A stretch of DNA of 64,000 nucleotides. It comes from Camelus dromedarius. Taxonomy: Eukaryota. Of this stretch, positions 13,463-26,872 are shown in pieces (the stretch's first letter is position 1; each line of letters opens with the position of its first letter). A program made the translations under genes and the position numbers. The notes beneath the pieces were generated by a model. The model searched no databases and was not told the DNA's origin. It saw nothing but the letters and a program-made list of their open reading frames with translations. The DNA lies in NCBI RefSeq assembly GCF_036321535.1, contig NC_087436.1, forward strand, positions 28,088,001 to 28,152,000. The letters run 5' to 3'.

Positions 13463-15368
13463 AAGCTACCTGATTTGTGAAATACAAAATGTTTTAAATA
13501 TTCTTAAATTTATTTCTTCATTGATTTGATAATTTTAGCATTTATATGTACCTTTAAAATCAGAAAACATTAGTATTTTTTCTTTGCTTCTACTTGGAAA
13601 ATTTAATAACAATTACTTCTCACCCACATATTGTGTGCTAAACAATTTCTGTCTTTAATTAATTTTCCTCTCCCTTAGTACTAATAAAAGAAAATATTAA
13701 GTAGAGAAACAGTCATCTGAGGTTTTAAAAAATATATGGAAGCATATTTAAGGAAGCTAAAACATGAACGTTTGCTTCCAGATTAAATACCTACAGGATG
13801 AGAGTTTGAGGCAAAATACACAAATAAAATGGAAATTAAAATGTTGGATGTTCACCTTGTTTTTAATCCAAGGGAACCCCCAAGGGAAAAATTGATAAAT
13901 TTAAAAAATATTAGGTGTTTACAAATTTTAAAACATGGCATATGAATGTAAAACCTCTCTCTTTCAGATGTCCTTATTCTTTCCCACTGCCTCCCTCTGT
14001 CTGCACAATTATTTCCATCTACCATCGCCTCTACTTGGACCATTGTTGTTACCCTCTCTTTCTTGACTACTTTCTAAATCACACTACGTACTGGCTTTAT
14101 TTTTTTCTTGCCTAAAATATTCTGAGGCCTGCTGTATTCTAAGTTCTTGGTATATATCAGAGGTGGGTAGATGAAACTTTATCTGATATATTTTTGATTA
14201 TTTCCCATGTGGATGGGTGGGGAAGTGAAGTGAGAGAAAACATCTGTTAAGAGTCACACTGAACCACATGTACAAAGGAAACTTCAAGGACCTCTAGCTG
14301 AAAATGTCTGTATGCAAGAGACATCAAAAATCATTTCCAGTGAGTGCAGGCTCAAGAAATAAAAATTTAGGCCAAGTTGGTTGCCAGTGAAGGAGACCCC
14401 AGGGCACAGAGCTGAAAACCCCGCATAGGGACAGTGTTTGAGTAGTTGCCTTTTTAACCTTTTCTTGGCACTGAACTATACACTTAGATGAAGATTCAGA
14501 TTTCTAACTTCTAGCTGGACATTTCTATGTAGATAAAACGCTGTCGTCTAAAAACCGAATCTACTCTCCACGAACCCTCACTTTCTCACTTTCTTATCTC
14601 TTACCTCAAATATCACTCTTCAGTCATCCTTGCTAGAAAGCCAAGATTTACTTATGAATTTTTTCATTTTCTTGCTCTTATAACTAAATTATATATTGGA
14701 CCAATAAATCTACTATATTCTCTACTCAAAATATGCCTTTTAAAAATTATTATAAAATTATTGGCAAGGAGACTCAGGGGCAATGACTCTTGATATGAAA
14801 AAATAGAAATCACATATGTATTAAAATTAAATTAATTAAAATCTTATTAAAATAAAAGTTCATTAACATGTCTTAAAATTTCAGGCAAAAATAATTTTAT
14901 TTAAAGATGGTCTGAACAAACTGTTCATGTTAAACATATATAATTTATCAATTTATATACAACTGATCAACAATTTCAGTTTTCAGACATACCCTTCGAC
15001 TACTAAAGCTCAAATAAATTACAAAATATCTCTTACTGTTAGTTTATTATGAATTTGATGTGTTAAAATTATTTAAAGTTTATTTAAATATTGTGAGTCA
15101 TAAATATATTTATTAAGAATTCAAGTGATCCCTGGTTAATATTAAAATAATTTTAAAGAAATCATCAACAAATTCAATCTATATTTTAAATATTGCCACT
15201 TAAATTTAAGTATTCTTTAGAAAACAATTTCACATATGAAACTTTCAAAATATTGTGCAAATTATGGCATAGAAAACAGTTTGTTTTATTAACTAAATAA
15301 AATTAAATCCACTAATCCCTCCAAAGTGTTTTAAAACCAATTATGGCATTATCCATCTCTCTCATTAC

Positions 15369-15402
15369 CTTTACATAATGTTAGCGTCATAAATGTGTAC
15401 TG
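15369..15402 (-). other. Candidate 34-nt exon with NAGNAG acceptor
   Basis: Minus strand reads ttattctgtgtgtttag|CAGTACACA…TGTAAAG|gtaatg, 161 nt downstream of the 81-nt candidate. Confidence 0.3.
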
Positions 15403-15563
15403 CTAAACACACAGAATAAATACAAAAGAATATCAAGTAATAAAAAAGTGGAAGAAATACAGAAACCCTGAAACTGAAGGAGCTAATTAAAAGTTGCGGG
15501 AGACAGAACAAAATGAAGCAAAGAAAGTGAGGGTTATATATAGCTTTACAATTGGCCACTTAC

Positions 15564-15644
15564 CCACCTCTGCAGTATGTGCAATGATTAATTCTGATTG
15601 AAGAACAAAGACTACTGGTTTGATGTGCTTAACTAGCTGAATTC
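15564..15644 (-). other. Candidate 81-nt internal exon (unidentified host transcript)
   Basis: Minus strand reads ttctttttcctctcag|GAATTC…GAGGTGG|gtaagt. One frame is open (IQLVKHIKPVVFVLQSELIIAHTAEV) and the sequence does not look repetitive. Confidence 0.4.
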
Positions 15645-16319
15645 CTGAGAGGAAAAAGAACTGACAGCTAAAAAGAGACTGATAATTTAAATTTCAAATA
15701 ATTTGAAGTACAACTAAATTTCAAAAAGGGAAAAACTATTTAAAAAGTATACGTTTCTCTTTTCATTTCATATTCACTTGAGAAAACACAGTGTTTTACT
15801 GTCTTTAGGGCTTTGTAGCTATGATATTTGTTGATTTCACAAATTAATCTTATTACAAGTTAGCCTAAATCTGTTACTTGGTCTTGAGTATAGAAATGTT
15901 TCCTGGTCACTGTAATAGACTAACACATTTTCACAAGCATAAACAGAGGTCTTTTTCCTTCACATTTTGACAATTCTGAAATTATAAGGGAATTTGCAAT
16001 TAATGCTCAGAGAAACTCTGTAGCTACCAGTCAGAAGACTACATTATGATTTCAGATCATTGTCATTATGTGTAGATAAGCAAACTTAGCAGTTCTTAAA
16101 TGGTCCAATCACCTAATTATCAACTTCGTTGAATTATTTTTATTAGAAGCATCACAAATGACCTGATTTAAGCCAGGCTTCCTGTTTTAACTTAAAATGT
16201 CTTCAGATGTATTATAGTGAAATTCAATACCAGACACAAAATTGCTTGACACATGCTAGACATATAAATAAAGGCAATTAGATAAACTCTAATTTAAAAT
16301 AACTAGAAGAGATAGGTTA

Positions 16320-16830
16320 ACTATTATTTTGGTTTGTTTGGTTTGCAAGTGATAGAAATCATTATTAAACCAAAATCATTAGATATCTTGCAGAGCTAAG
16401 TTTGGGAAAATCAGGGATACTGTTCAATCAGATATTTAAACATTTGAGAGCATCCATTTCCTTGTCTCCTTTCTGCTTTTCTGTGTATCTGATTTATTGT
16501 TTCTTTTCACACTGATTTCCCTTATTCCTCAATCTACTTTGATAAAAATATAAATATGGATATCTTTTGTTTTACCAGGAGAAAGAGAGAGTTTCAAAAC
16601 ACGATTTAAAGCTTAAAATCTTTAAGGATCTCTCTAACCTATTTTACGACAAGTGTCGAACCCTAGATCAATCAACCATGACAAAGGCAAGAGAAATGTG
16701 ATTAGCCTGGCTGAAATCAGGCACCATTCTAAAACTAATCAACTGTGGTGGCAGTAGGTTGACATAGTAAACGTGACCATTCTTAGGCAATGCTTATCAT
16801 TGGAGGGAGCAGTCATAACAAGAGTTAGAA
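16320..16830 (-). mobile_element. Old MaLR/ERV-L LTR (MLT1K/L-like)
   Basis: Motifs 'ggtttgcaagtgatagaaa' and 'ctagatcaatcaaccatg…gtgattagcctgg'; highly decayed. Confidence 0.4.
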
Positions 16831-17449
16831 TGAATAGATAGCTAATCCCATAAATTTAAATGTATCCTGTACTTGCCATATACCTCAAAATCATAACTGC
16901 CAACCTTAAAAATACTAATCATTACCAATCTCATGATTATTGTGATTACTATTATGGGTTATACAGTGCAACAACATGCCACCAGCATAAACTGAGTAAT
17001 CCCTAAGGGTTTAAAAATATTTAGAAAAATTTTCAGATTGTGATAATGATAAGGATTAGGCACAAAGTTATACTGAGGTACTAAGGGAAAAATAGCGTGT
17101 AATTTTGTGGATTAATGACTGCTGTTATTGACTTCCAAAACAGCATAGCAGAGAGGGCATAATTAAACCTAACTCCAGAGTTGATGCACAGGCTCTAAAA
17201 ACAAATTTGTGAATATAAACCTGTGCTAAAACAAAATGAAAGTATAGGTTTTACAAGAGGCAGAAATTTAGGTTTGTGCATAAAAGGAATATGGAATCAG
17301 GAAAACAAAGTGTTCATCTGGTCAGTTACCATGCTCCTGTGAGACCAGGTAGGGAGCTGCCTTCCTAGATGTTAGAGCAGAAGTAACACTGACTCAAGGC
17401 AAGTGCTGATAATGCCATATGTGTTCTACATATAAAATTTAATAACGAT

Positions 17450-18330
17450 CATCAAGTGGGCCAGAAAGAAAATGTCATCACTTTTTTAAAGTGAAACATA
17501 ATTTTAAAAAAATGAAAATAACATTTAAAAAATACTTCAGAACAATTATGGGGACTAAAAATCAGTCTTATAGCTCATGGTAGGTACTAATTGCATTCAG
17601 AAAATTAAAAAAAATCTGCATAACTATGGATAGAGTAGACAATTTTTTATGAGAACATTATAAATAATTTTATAAAATAAATTGGAACATACAAATAAAA
17701 TAATCTTTTCTATAAAATTAGAAATGTAAGAAAATTTATCTAAGACAAATGGAAATTTTACTAAAATAATTATAACTAAAGACATTGAACTGTATAATAA
17801 ATGACAACATCCTAAATGGACACCAGACCCAGGCTGATCTAGAGATGAACTATGGCAAAACTTCAAGGAATATGTACTTTAGGAAAAGATAGTGATAAGA
17901 ATGATATTAAAAGACAATCTTATGATTGCAAAATGAGGCAGACATCCTAAATAATATAGCAAATATAGGATATAATAATATATAGGATGTTAAAGGATAA
18001 TATTTTGTGACTAAGATAAGCCCCATGTAGTCAGGTATATCAGCATTAAAAAAACTGTAATTGTAATTTACTAAATTAATATATTAAAGGAGAAAATACA
18101 TATGATCAACTTTATAGATGGTAAAAATTGACAAAATTCATTACCAGTTCATCACATTAATCACTGTGAATGGAAAATAAATGTGAACTTCCTTAAATTG
18201 ATTAAAAAAAGCATTATAAGCATTACACATAAAGAATGCCTATTATCAGCTCTGTTTTTATATTGTACTTGTGTTCTTAGCTAATGCAAAGAGACAAGAA
18301 AAAGAAATGAGAGATATAAAGATTTAAAAG
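17450..18330 (+). mobile_element. Ancient L1 (L1ME-like) ORF2 fragments
   Basis: A-rich decayed ORF2 motifs ('tagaaatgtaagaaaattt', 'aaatacatatgatcaactttatagatg…attgacaaaattc'). The same element probably continues at about 19480-20280 and 21480-21900. Confidence 0.55.
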
Positions 18331-18359
18331 GGAGAATCAAGTTCATTAGGCTCAGCAAA

Positions 18360-18620
18360 CTAGTGTAGTAGTTAAAAATAATCGCTTAAGTCTGGAGCAT
18401 GGACGCCAGGTTTCAAACGTCATCTTTTCCATTTACTACCAGATAACTTCAAACAAGTTATTTAACATCTCCCTGCCTTGAAGTCTTCATCTGCAAAATA
18501 GGGGTAATAATAATATTAGCATCTACCTTGTGAGGTTCTTATGAGTGATGAACGAGTTGGTTTACAGCAAGAGACTAACACAATTTCTCACTGGTAAGTG
18601 CTATGGAAGTTCTTAGTTAT
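18360..18620 (+). mobile_element. MIR SINE
   Basis: 'gtgtagtagttaaaa…caagttatttaacatctccctgccttgaagtcttcatctgcaaaataggggtaataat' is the MIR core. Confidence 0.75.
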
Positions 18621-18639
18621 ATTGTCTAGTTGTTCAAGC

Positions 18640-19478
18640 TAACAAATCGGAAGCTACTCTTGACTTCTTTCTTCCATACTCTACTACATTTCATTAATAG
18701 ATACACAATTAAACCACTTCTCACCACCTTCACCGTCACCACCCTGATCCAGGATAGCGTAACTAATCACCAGTATCAATTCCACAGCCTCCTTACTGGT
18801 TTCTCTCCTTTGACTCTTGTGCTTCTTTATTTTATTCTCAACAAAAAAGTCAGTTATTCTTTTAAAAGATAAATTAGCTCAAAATATCCTTTGATTTATC
18901 TAGACCAAATTCCAGATCCTTAAATTTTCTAAGAATTTCTTTTATAATATGGACAACAATTTCTCCTCTGACCTCATCTCCTTTGTCTCTCTCCTTCCTG
19001 TAATCCACTGCAGGCTCTAAAGAAACTTGCTATTCTTCAGACAAGCCAAGCATTTTTCTGCTTCAGAGGCTTTACACTTGCTGCTCCTTCTTTCTAGAAA
19101 TTTTGTCCTTCAGATGCCTGCATAGTTCAATTTCTCACTTCAGTTCCTTGCTCAAATATCATTAAAGATTTCCCTCATTACTCTATATAAAATCGCAATC
19201 CCAAGCCCTCATCTGCACTTTCTTTCTTTACCGTACCCAGCTATATTTTTCTCCACAGCAGTTAAAACTATACAACATGTTATGTCTTTCCTTGATTGTT
19301 TCTTTATTACCTGTGTTTTCCTTGTTAGAACAAGCTCTGTGAGTTGAAGGTTTTTGCTTATTTGTTTTGCTTTTGCTTTTTGTTTTGATTCCCACAGTTA
19401 TAGTTCCACCACCTTAAAAAGTGCCTAACACGCAGCAGGCACTCAGTAAATATTTTAGTAAGTGAAGGAGTGAATGAC
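18640..19478 (+). mobile_element. L2 (L2a-like) 3' end
   Basis: Pyrimidine-rich L2 body ending '…gtgcctaacacgcagcaggcactcagtaaatattt…gaaggagtgaatga'. Confidence 0.8.
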
Positions 19479-20289
19479 TATTTAAGTGAAATCAAAATAT
19501 AAACTAGCAATAAAACAAACAAAATATATAAAGCATTATAAATAAAACTGTGACTTTATTGATAAGATTTTTAAAGAGCTGCAAGGTTGAAGAGGTATAT
19601 GATATTCATTATATTGTAAATACTTTAAATCTCACTAACATATAAATTCAGTTCCAGTCCAATCAAAATTTCAAAGAGATTATTAATGAGCCAAAACACT
19701 GATTGTGAAAGTTATACAAAAGTTTAATGCACAATTCTAGAAAGGAAAAAAAAATTACAGAAATAAGGGTAGGAAATTATCATACCAAATATCAAAATAT
19801 ATTGAAATGTATAGCAATTTAAACAGCATGATTTGGCAGAGAGAAAGACATAGATCAAAATCCTGAAAGAGGTTCATGGACTTGTGTAGATGTGGCAGTT
19901 TAAAAGAGGTACACAAAAGATAGGCTTGTTCATAAATAGTATTGTGAAAATAAAATTCCAATCTCAAAACGTACAGGCAAAAAAATTCAGATGGTTCAAA
20001 ATCACATTGTAAAACAAGTTTTAAAATTATTACAAAAATATAAAAGAGTATTAAAAAATTCTAGTAGGAAACTCTGCTTAAGGAAAGAAAAAGCATACAA
20101 AAAAGTGCTGATGAATTTCAAAGCATCAAAATTAAAATTTTCTTCAAATGCTCTTTATATCAAAATATATTATAAAAAAAATAAAGACAAATGACAAACC
20201 AAAAGCCAATATTTGAAGAATTTATAACAGGCAGTTATCCTATAGAAAGCCACAGGTATATTTAAATAAAACTATGAACATAAAGTATA

Positions 20290-21099
20290 CAAATCAAAAC
20301 CACAATGAAGTATCACCTCACACCAGTCAGAATGGCCATCATTTAAAAGTCTACAAATAAGGAATGCTGAAGAAGGTGTGAAGAAAAAGCAACCCTTCTA
20401 CACTATTGGTGGGACAGCAAATTGGTGCAGCTATTATGGGGGATGGTATGGATGTTCCTTAAAACACTAAACAGAGTTACCGTATGATCCAGCAATTCCA
20501 CTCCTGGGCATATATTTGGAGAAAACTGTAATTTGAAAAAACATGCACCCCATTGTTCATAGCAGCACTATTTATAATAGTCAAGACACAGAATCAACCT
20601 AAATGTCCATCAACAGGTGAATGGATAAAGAAGATGTGGTATAAATACACAATGGAATATTACTCAGCCATAAAAAGAATGAAATCATGCCACCTGCAGC
20701 AACATGGATGAACCTAGAGATTATCATATCAAGTGAAGTCAGACAAAGAAAGAGAACTATCATATGGTATCACCTATATATGGAATCTACAATGATAAAA
20801 AATGAACTTACTCACGAATCAGAAATAGACTCACAGACATATAAAACAAAATTATGGTTACCAAAGGGGAGAAGTGTGGGAGAGGGATAAATTAGGATTT
20901 GTGGATTAATTTATACACACCATTATATATAAAATAGGTAAACAACAAGGACCTACTGGGACTATATTCAATATCTTGTAATAACCTATAATGGAAAATA
21001 ATCTGAAAAAAGAATATATATATATATATGACAATCACTTTACTGTACAACTGAAACTAACACAACAAGTAAATCAATTATACTTCAATAAAAAAAACG
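20290..21099 (+). mobile_element. 5'-truncated L1: ORF2 C-terminus, artiodactyl-type 3' UTR and poly(A)
   Basis: 'aaatcaaaaccacaatgaagtatcacctcacaccagtcagaatggccatc' through 'aaatcaattatacttcaataaaaaaaa'. Possible short TSD aagtata (20283-20289 / 21100-21106). Confidence 0.9.
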
Positions 21100-21132
21100 A
21101 AGTATAATAACCATCTTTATACTTAATAGACA

Positions 21133-21480
21133 TTATGGACTGAATATTTATACCCTCCGCCCCAATGCATATGCTTAAATTTAATTTGCAGTGTGATGGT
21201 ATTTGGAGCTGTTGCCTTTAGAAAATGATTATGTCATGAAGATGTAACTTTTATGAATGACATTAGTGCCCCTATAAAAAGAAGCTAACTTGCTCCTTTC
21301 CCAAGTATGAGGATACAAAAAGTCAGTCTTCTGCAATCTGCAAAAGAGCTTCCACCAGAACCAAACCATGCTATCACCCTGATCTCAGATTTCCAGCTAA
21401 TAAAACAAAATAAATATCTCTTGTTGATTAGCCACTCAGTTTTTGGTATTTTGCTATAGCACCCCAAGCTGACCAACCCA
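21133..21480 (+). mobile_element. MaLR LTR (MLT1A-like)
   Basis: 'ttatggactgaat…gtgtgatggtatttggag…ccctgatctcagatttccagc…ggtattttgctatagcacc'; about 350 bp. Confidence 0.8.
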
Positions 21481-22899
21481 ACAGAACAATGGTTAAAGGT
21501 ATAAAAGGCAGTTCAGAGAACAGAAATCCAAATCCAAATGCTCAGTAAACATACATTAGATGTGTGAGAATTTGATCAACTTTATTCATACTGAAAAAAA
21601 ATGTTATATTAGCAAGAAAGGAAGAGTTGGCATTATCAAGTGTTGGTAAGACTTTGTGGGGAGTTTTTTACAGAAGGTGAACATGTAAATTTAAACATTC
21701 ACTTCAGTTGGCAATTTGACTGCCTCTCTTTGACTCTGTCCACAAAGCACTCGTAGCCATGATATGTAAGTCAATACAACCATGAACATGATGTTTGTAA
21801 TAGCAAAAAACAGAAAACCACATAACTTGCCATCACATAGGAGACAGACAAATAAAATGTATTATAACTAAACAACATTTAAATACAGTAAACTACATCT
21901 ATATTCATCAAGTTGGAGATAATATCAGAAAGAAATTAAAAGCACATACATATCCATCTATACACATGCTATTTCAGTGACATATGCATGATTTCAACTG
22001 TCTTTAAAAAGGTCATCATGTAAAACAGGTATTTATTTTAAGTGTATGTAGTATTATAGTCTTTTTTAACTTGGGAGTTTACAAATCAAATAATAATTAC
22101 CTGTGGAGAAAACAATAACTGAAGTTTGTCCAAATTTAGTGTATTTTATTATGATCTAAATTTGTTAAAGCCATTGAATTAATGTATGACAAATTAATTT
22201 CTGTGCTTAAAATTAGTTTTCAAATCAGTGATGTGTGGTAGGTTAATAAAAAACAGAGATATATTTTAATGTTTAATGTAGTGCTCCTCTTTTTCCTCCC
22301 AAAGTGTTATTAAATTAATGGTGTGTTTTACTTAGAGTCCATGACATTTAAAATCAATGAAATAAGAGATCTGCACTTTGAAACCGGTATAGAGCAAAAT
22401 AGGAGGAATTACATCAGAAGCCTCCAAAGAAAAATTGGAGTAATCATGCTATTTATGGAGCAGGGTTGTTAATTGTCCTACCACCAGTATATATACTAAT
22501 GTTACAGCTTACGGAAATCTTCACTTTAAAGTCAGCATGCAAATCTAATACACTGTTCAGACTGATTTCAGAAAAATTCCTTATAAGAGCAATACATTCG
22601 AAATAAGCATATTTTCTCTTCATTAAGCCCAGTGCTACACTGTATTTTCTCAGTACTGGAACTTATGGCTCTTTTCCATTTTATTTTAATTTTTTTCCCT
22701 CTCAGCGTAAGAGACTAGTAAAAAGAAAAAAATAATCATTTAAGCGCTAGAATCTCTCTCACTCCACTCAGGTGTTAACGTTCAGAGAGGTCTAGGAAAT
22801 GAAGTTGATGCAAGAAACCAAAGATTCTAATCTTGTGAGCATGCTTTCACTGAACGAAATTAGGTGATTTAAATTCTCATTTTGTTTTATTTTTCTTTG

Positions 22900-23949
22900 T
22901 TGCATTGTCGATTTGTGTTTGCTGAGACCAAATGTACTTATGGTGAAAAACTATTCAGAGCCCAGATACTGAGAAACTTAAAGGAAGACTGTATACTCAT
23001 AAGAGAAGCTTATCACCTAGCTGAGAAGGTAAAATGCCTGAAACAGCACAGATCTGCCCAAATGATATTTTAGTGTTGCATATTCCCCAAGGGGAACCAA
23101 AGTCTGTAGACACACACGTGAGTAATCTGGGGAGTACGGAGGAGGGAGCAAATCTTAATTTGGGGGATCTACTGGATATAGGTCTCCAAGTCACTATCCT
23201 ACCTATACCATTAGTGACAGAGTGCCTGAACTCAACAAATAGGGTTTCAGGAAGATGTGTGGGAAGAGAAGCCAATGTGAACTTTGTGTAGCACTTGGTT
23301 TTACTCACTATAATATTGTTGTTACTTCCACTGCTGAAAGTATGTTTGGTGGGGATGTTTTACATGTCTGTATTACAAATGTTCGTAAGTGCCATAAAGT
23401 TTTAGATTATCTAGAAATAACCACATATTTTAAAAAGTGCTGGTAACTTTGGGATGTCACAACCCTAAAAACTCTTTTGAGTGTTGAAGGGTCACAACTG
23501 CACATTAGATTTGTGACACTTCCCAAGCTGATGTCATTGTACATGGTGAGGGAGGTCAAAGAGCAAGGAGTATTGCCTCTGCTTACTTCTGGCAGAACCA
23601 AGGTAGAGTGTGTGTACTTACTAACACATTCTCCTGTACCTGGGTTAATGCCTCAGGCCAAGTGAAAAGATCAATACAAAAAATTAAGTAAAATAATCAA
23701 CAGACTTTCTAAGATAAACTCTGATGATTTCTGGGATTTGGAGAACAAATTGGGTCAAGGTCCCTTCGGGGCATAATTGAGGACAATACTGCACACGTTG
23801 GTCTCTTACTGCTGCCCAAAGGCATTTTCATAGTACCTTCATTGAAAACAGGTGGATTTGGTCTCAGCCACTGTTGCAGAGTGACAGAATGAAGTGCTCA
23901 GGGATAATCTGGACAGTCATCAAGTTGAGGTATAAACAAGGGGTGGATA
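22900..23949 (+). pseudogene. ERV-L-class internal remnant: degenerate protease/pol start and polypurine tract
   Basis: Translation LLDIGLQVTILP (23169-23204) matches the retroviral aspartyl protease active site LLDTG..VT.IP. A frameshifted 'HYNIVVTSTAESMFGGDVL' resembles the ERV-L protease C-terminus. PPT aaggggtgga lies at 23938-23947. Confidence 0.65.
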
Positions 23950-24415
23950 TAGTTGAGGAACAATATTCCATCTGTCTCTCATGTTTCTTCATATCTATGA
24001 GCAAGGCACTTACTGTATTTTTTTTCTACATTGTCTTTTCAAAGTTTTTTGTGTAACAATTAGCCTTGGAGGATGTAGTGTTTCCCCTTACAGCAAAGGG
24101 TGTATTTGCTTTACTGTCTGCTATAACAACAACAACAAAAAAGTTTACCTCTGGGTAAAAGAAATAAAATAAAATAAGTTAATATAAAAGGTTTGCATAA
24201 AAGTAATTATAAAATATTTGAGTTTCTAATCTCAGAGTTCTGGGAACTGGTGCATAAAATTATTGAAACTGTGATAACTGCAGTTGCTATGAGAAATAAA
24301 CTGTCCTTTGTCTCTGACCTAAGGTTCTTGTTCTATCAGAATCCATGAAACTGTGGCAAGCTAATGTGTTAGGTATCAGTAGGATAAATTTTGAGATATT
24401 TCACATTTTATGACA
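23950..24415 (+). mobile_element. 3' LTR of the ERV-L remnant (MER54/MER74/LTR53-group-like)
   Basis: Starts just after the PPT and contains 'aataaactgtcctttgtctctgacc…ccatgaaactgtggcaagcta…tatttcacattttatgaca', ending in CA. Confidence 0.7.
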
Positions 24416-24419
24416 TTCT

Positions 24420-24750
24420 TTCCTGTGCACATCATAGCTTCATCACCTCTTTGTTTTTCCTGTTGTTGTTGTTGTTTAATGTCATCTTTTTGCTGAGGCT
24501 ATAGTCACCGTATCTAAAGTTACTCCCTCTCACACCCACAGTTCCCATGCCACTTCTTTGATTTTCTTACCTCAGCCTCAGTATCTAGCAATCTACTGTA
24601 TTTTACTTATTCATGTAGTTTATTATGTCTCAACCAAAGAGAATATATGCTCCCTGAAGGACTTTGTTGACCTCATTGCTGAACCGCCGGTATCTAGAAC
24701 TGTGGCTGAAACATAGGAGGAACCCAATAACACTCTTTGAATGATGAATA
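24420..24750 (+). mobile_element. L2 3' end
   Basis: 'tatgctccctgaagg…tctagaactgtggctgaaacatagg…caataacactctttgaatgatgaat'. Confidence 0.65.
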
Positions 24751-26677
24751 AGGTGGCCTGGCAAGAACTATTAAGGATGCTAAGGAGAACAGGGGAATAT
24801 ATTTGGAAGCCATGGGACATAAAATGTGCAAGATAAATATATATCGAATTTTAAGTCTTTGAATACCAACAGAGAACTGTAAATTCCTCATGTAAATTCA
24901 CTGTTTTTGAGATCAGAACCACCTTTCATGGTTTTACCACTCTAGACAACCCAGAATAATCTAGTTGTTACCCTTCCACATCACTTTGGACAAAAGACCC
25001 ATAGATCTTGTTAATTTTATGACAAATATCTCTAGTATTATACTCTACTCTCTAAGATTTTGGGTAGAGCTTTATTTTCCTTGATTTTTATTATTATTTT
25101 ATTGTTTATTTATTTCCTATTTTCATTGGTTAATGAAATAGTCTCCTAAGTGATTGTTGTGACAATAGGACTTGGCCCTAAATACAACTTTCAGTACTAT
25201 CCTTTTCATGTCATTTCTTTCCCTATTTCATGAATTTAGCACAGAATTATCAAGATACCCATAGCTTTTCATGATTTGACTCACAGTTAATCTCCAGTCT
25301 CATATTTAATTATTCTTCTCTAACTATGTTTTGCATTCACCAACATATTTAACATATTCAAGCATATTGATTATTCAAGTCTCTTTATGGCTTTTCTTAT
25401 TTTAATGGTTCTCCCCTCTTCACCCTCTTGGTTTGCTATCACCTATTAATACTTCAAATCTCACCTTGAATGTATTTTTCTTTAGAAAGCTGTGTTGAAT
25501 ATCTCCTTCACTCATCCAAAAATACATGTGACCCAATGTCCCCAAGAACCGTATACTTAAATCCTACGTTGAAATCATTAACTTAAACTGAAATTGTCTC
25601 TTATTCTTTCACACTAGCGTGTTAGAACAGAAGACCTCTGAAGAGACAGGGCTACATTATTTTTGTTATTTTTTAAGTGCACCTGTGATTCCTGTACCAG
25701 TACCCAGCTCGTAGAAGTAACCAAATGCAAATAAAGTTACATTTACTGGTGTAAGGTAGTATGTATAAAATTATAATTAATGTTAAATATGTTCATAGTT
25801 GAAGTCCAACTAAAGTGAGTTTTGATTTTGTTTTGCTGAGTTTTGTGCAAAATATCAAATGACAGCATCTCAGTATGCATTTAGTAATGTGTAAAATATG
25901 CATCGGCTGAGAAGTCATTATAAATCTGTGGATTAAATCATCAAAATAAATGAGATTTCTGTGGAAACACAAACTGTGCTCAGTGTACTCATTCCCTCTT
26001 CTTAGTTTTGATTTCGTCGTAAAATGTATCACTGCCTGAAACTGTCCTATTAGTCTGTTTTCTTGGTTATTGTTGCTCTTCTATCACAAGAATGTATAGT
26101 TCAAGAGACCAAAGGTCTATCTAGATCACTGTTAGAATTAGGGCTGTCACCTAGAAGACACTGAATAACCATAATTATTTTTCCAATTGCTTTATCTTGC
26201 CCCAAGAATAATTCGAGTTTATTCATGATATCAATAACCATAGAGAGGTCTGATATTAATTACCAAGATTTCTAGGAATTCAGCAAGCTTGTTTCTTCTG
26301 TCTTTTAAGGATAAGACAAACTTTAAATGGTTAGTAGGCATGTTATTATTCTGAAAATTTAGATTAAAACCTTTTTTAAAAACATGCCATTTATAGCCTT
26401 CTTAGAACTCTTTGAAAAAAGCTAAGCATATATTTTGTTCTTCTAAATGGCACATAACAAGTTTTTGTACCCCCTCTACCCCAGTGGAGCCCCAATAATT
26501 CTAAATAGGAATTACCTGAAAAGTCAAAGAATTAGGCACTGGTAATGGAAAGACTGAGGAACTTGCAGGATGAAAACTCGAAGTTGTAACAATAAGCTAA
26601 CTGACACAGCCTCTTCTGACAACACTTAATTTACTTACACTTCCTTCATACATGCTGAATGGGAGGGATTTATTGAT

Positions 26678-26872
26678 AGCAATGTGCTTTCAAATGTTTA
26701 CCAACAAGCTCACTATGGAAGAAAAACCAAACAAACTTAACTTGTACCACTTAGCAATTTCCATGGCGAAAATGCTTTCATCATGGTTGATTTCAAGCTA
26801 CTGATGTGTGAGTGGTTAACAAAATTCCTGAAAATTGGTTAGTTTTCCTGAGTCATTAGGAGATGGCTCTGG
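26678..26872. mobile_element. hAT DNA transposon fragment (MER63-like)
   Basis: End-like motifs 'gcaatgtgctttcaaatgtttaccaacaagctc' and 'gatttcaagctac…ttaacaaaattcctgaaaatt…gatggctc'. Confidence 0.55.

Noticed and set aside
22095..22120. Minus-strand ttgttttctccacag|gtaatt, resembling a recursive splice site (a similar motif lies at about 26511-26530)
   Set aside because: The reconstituted donor is mediocre and the motif is expected by chance; there is no supporting evidence.
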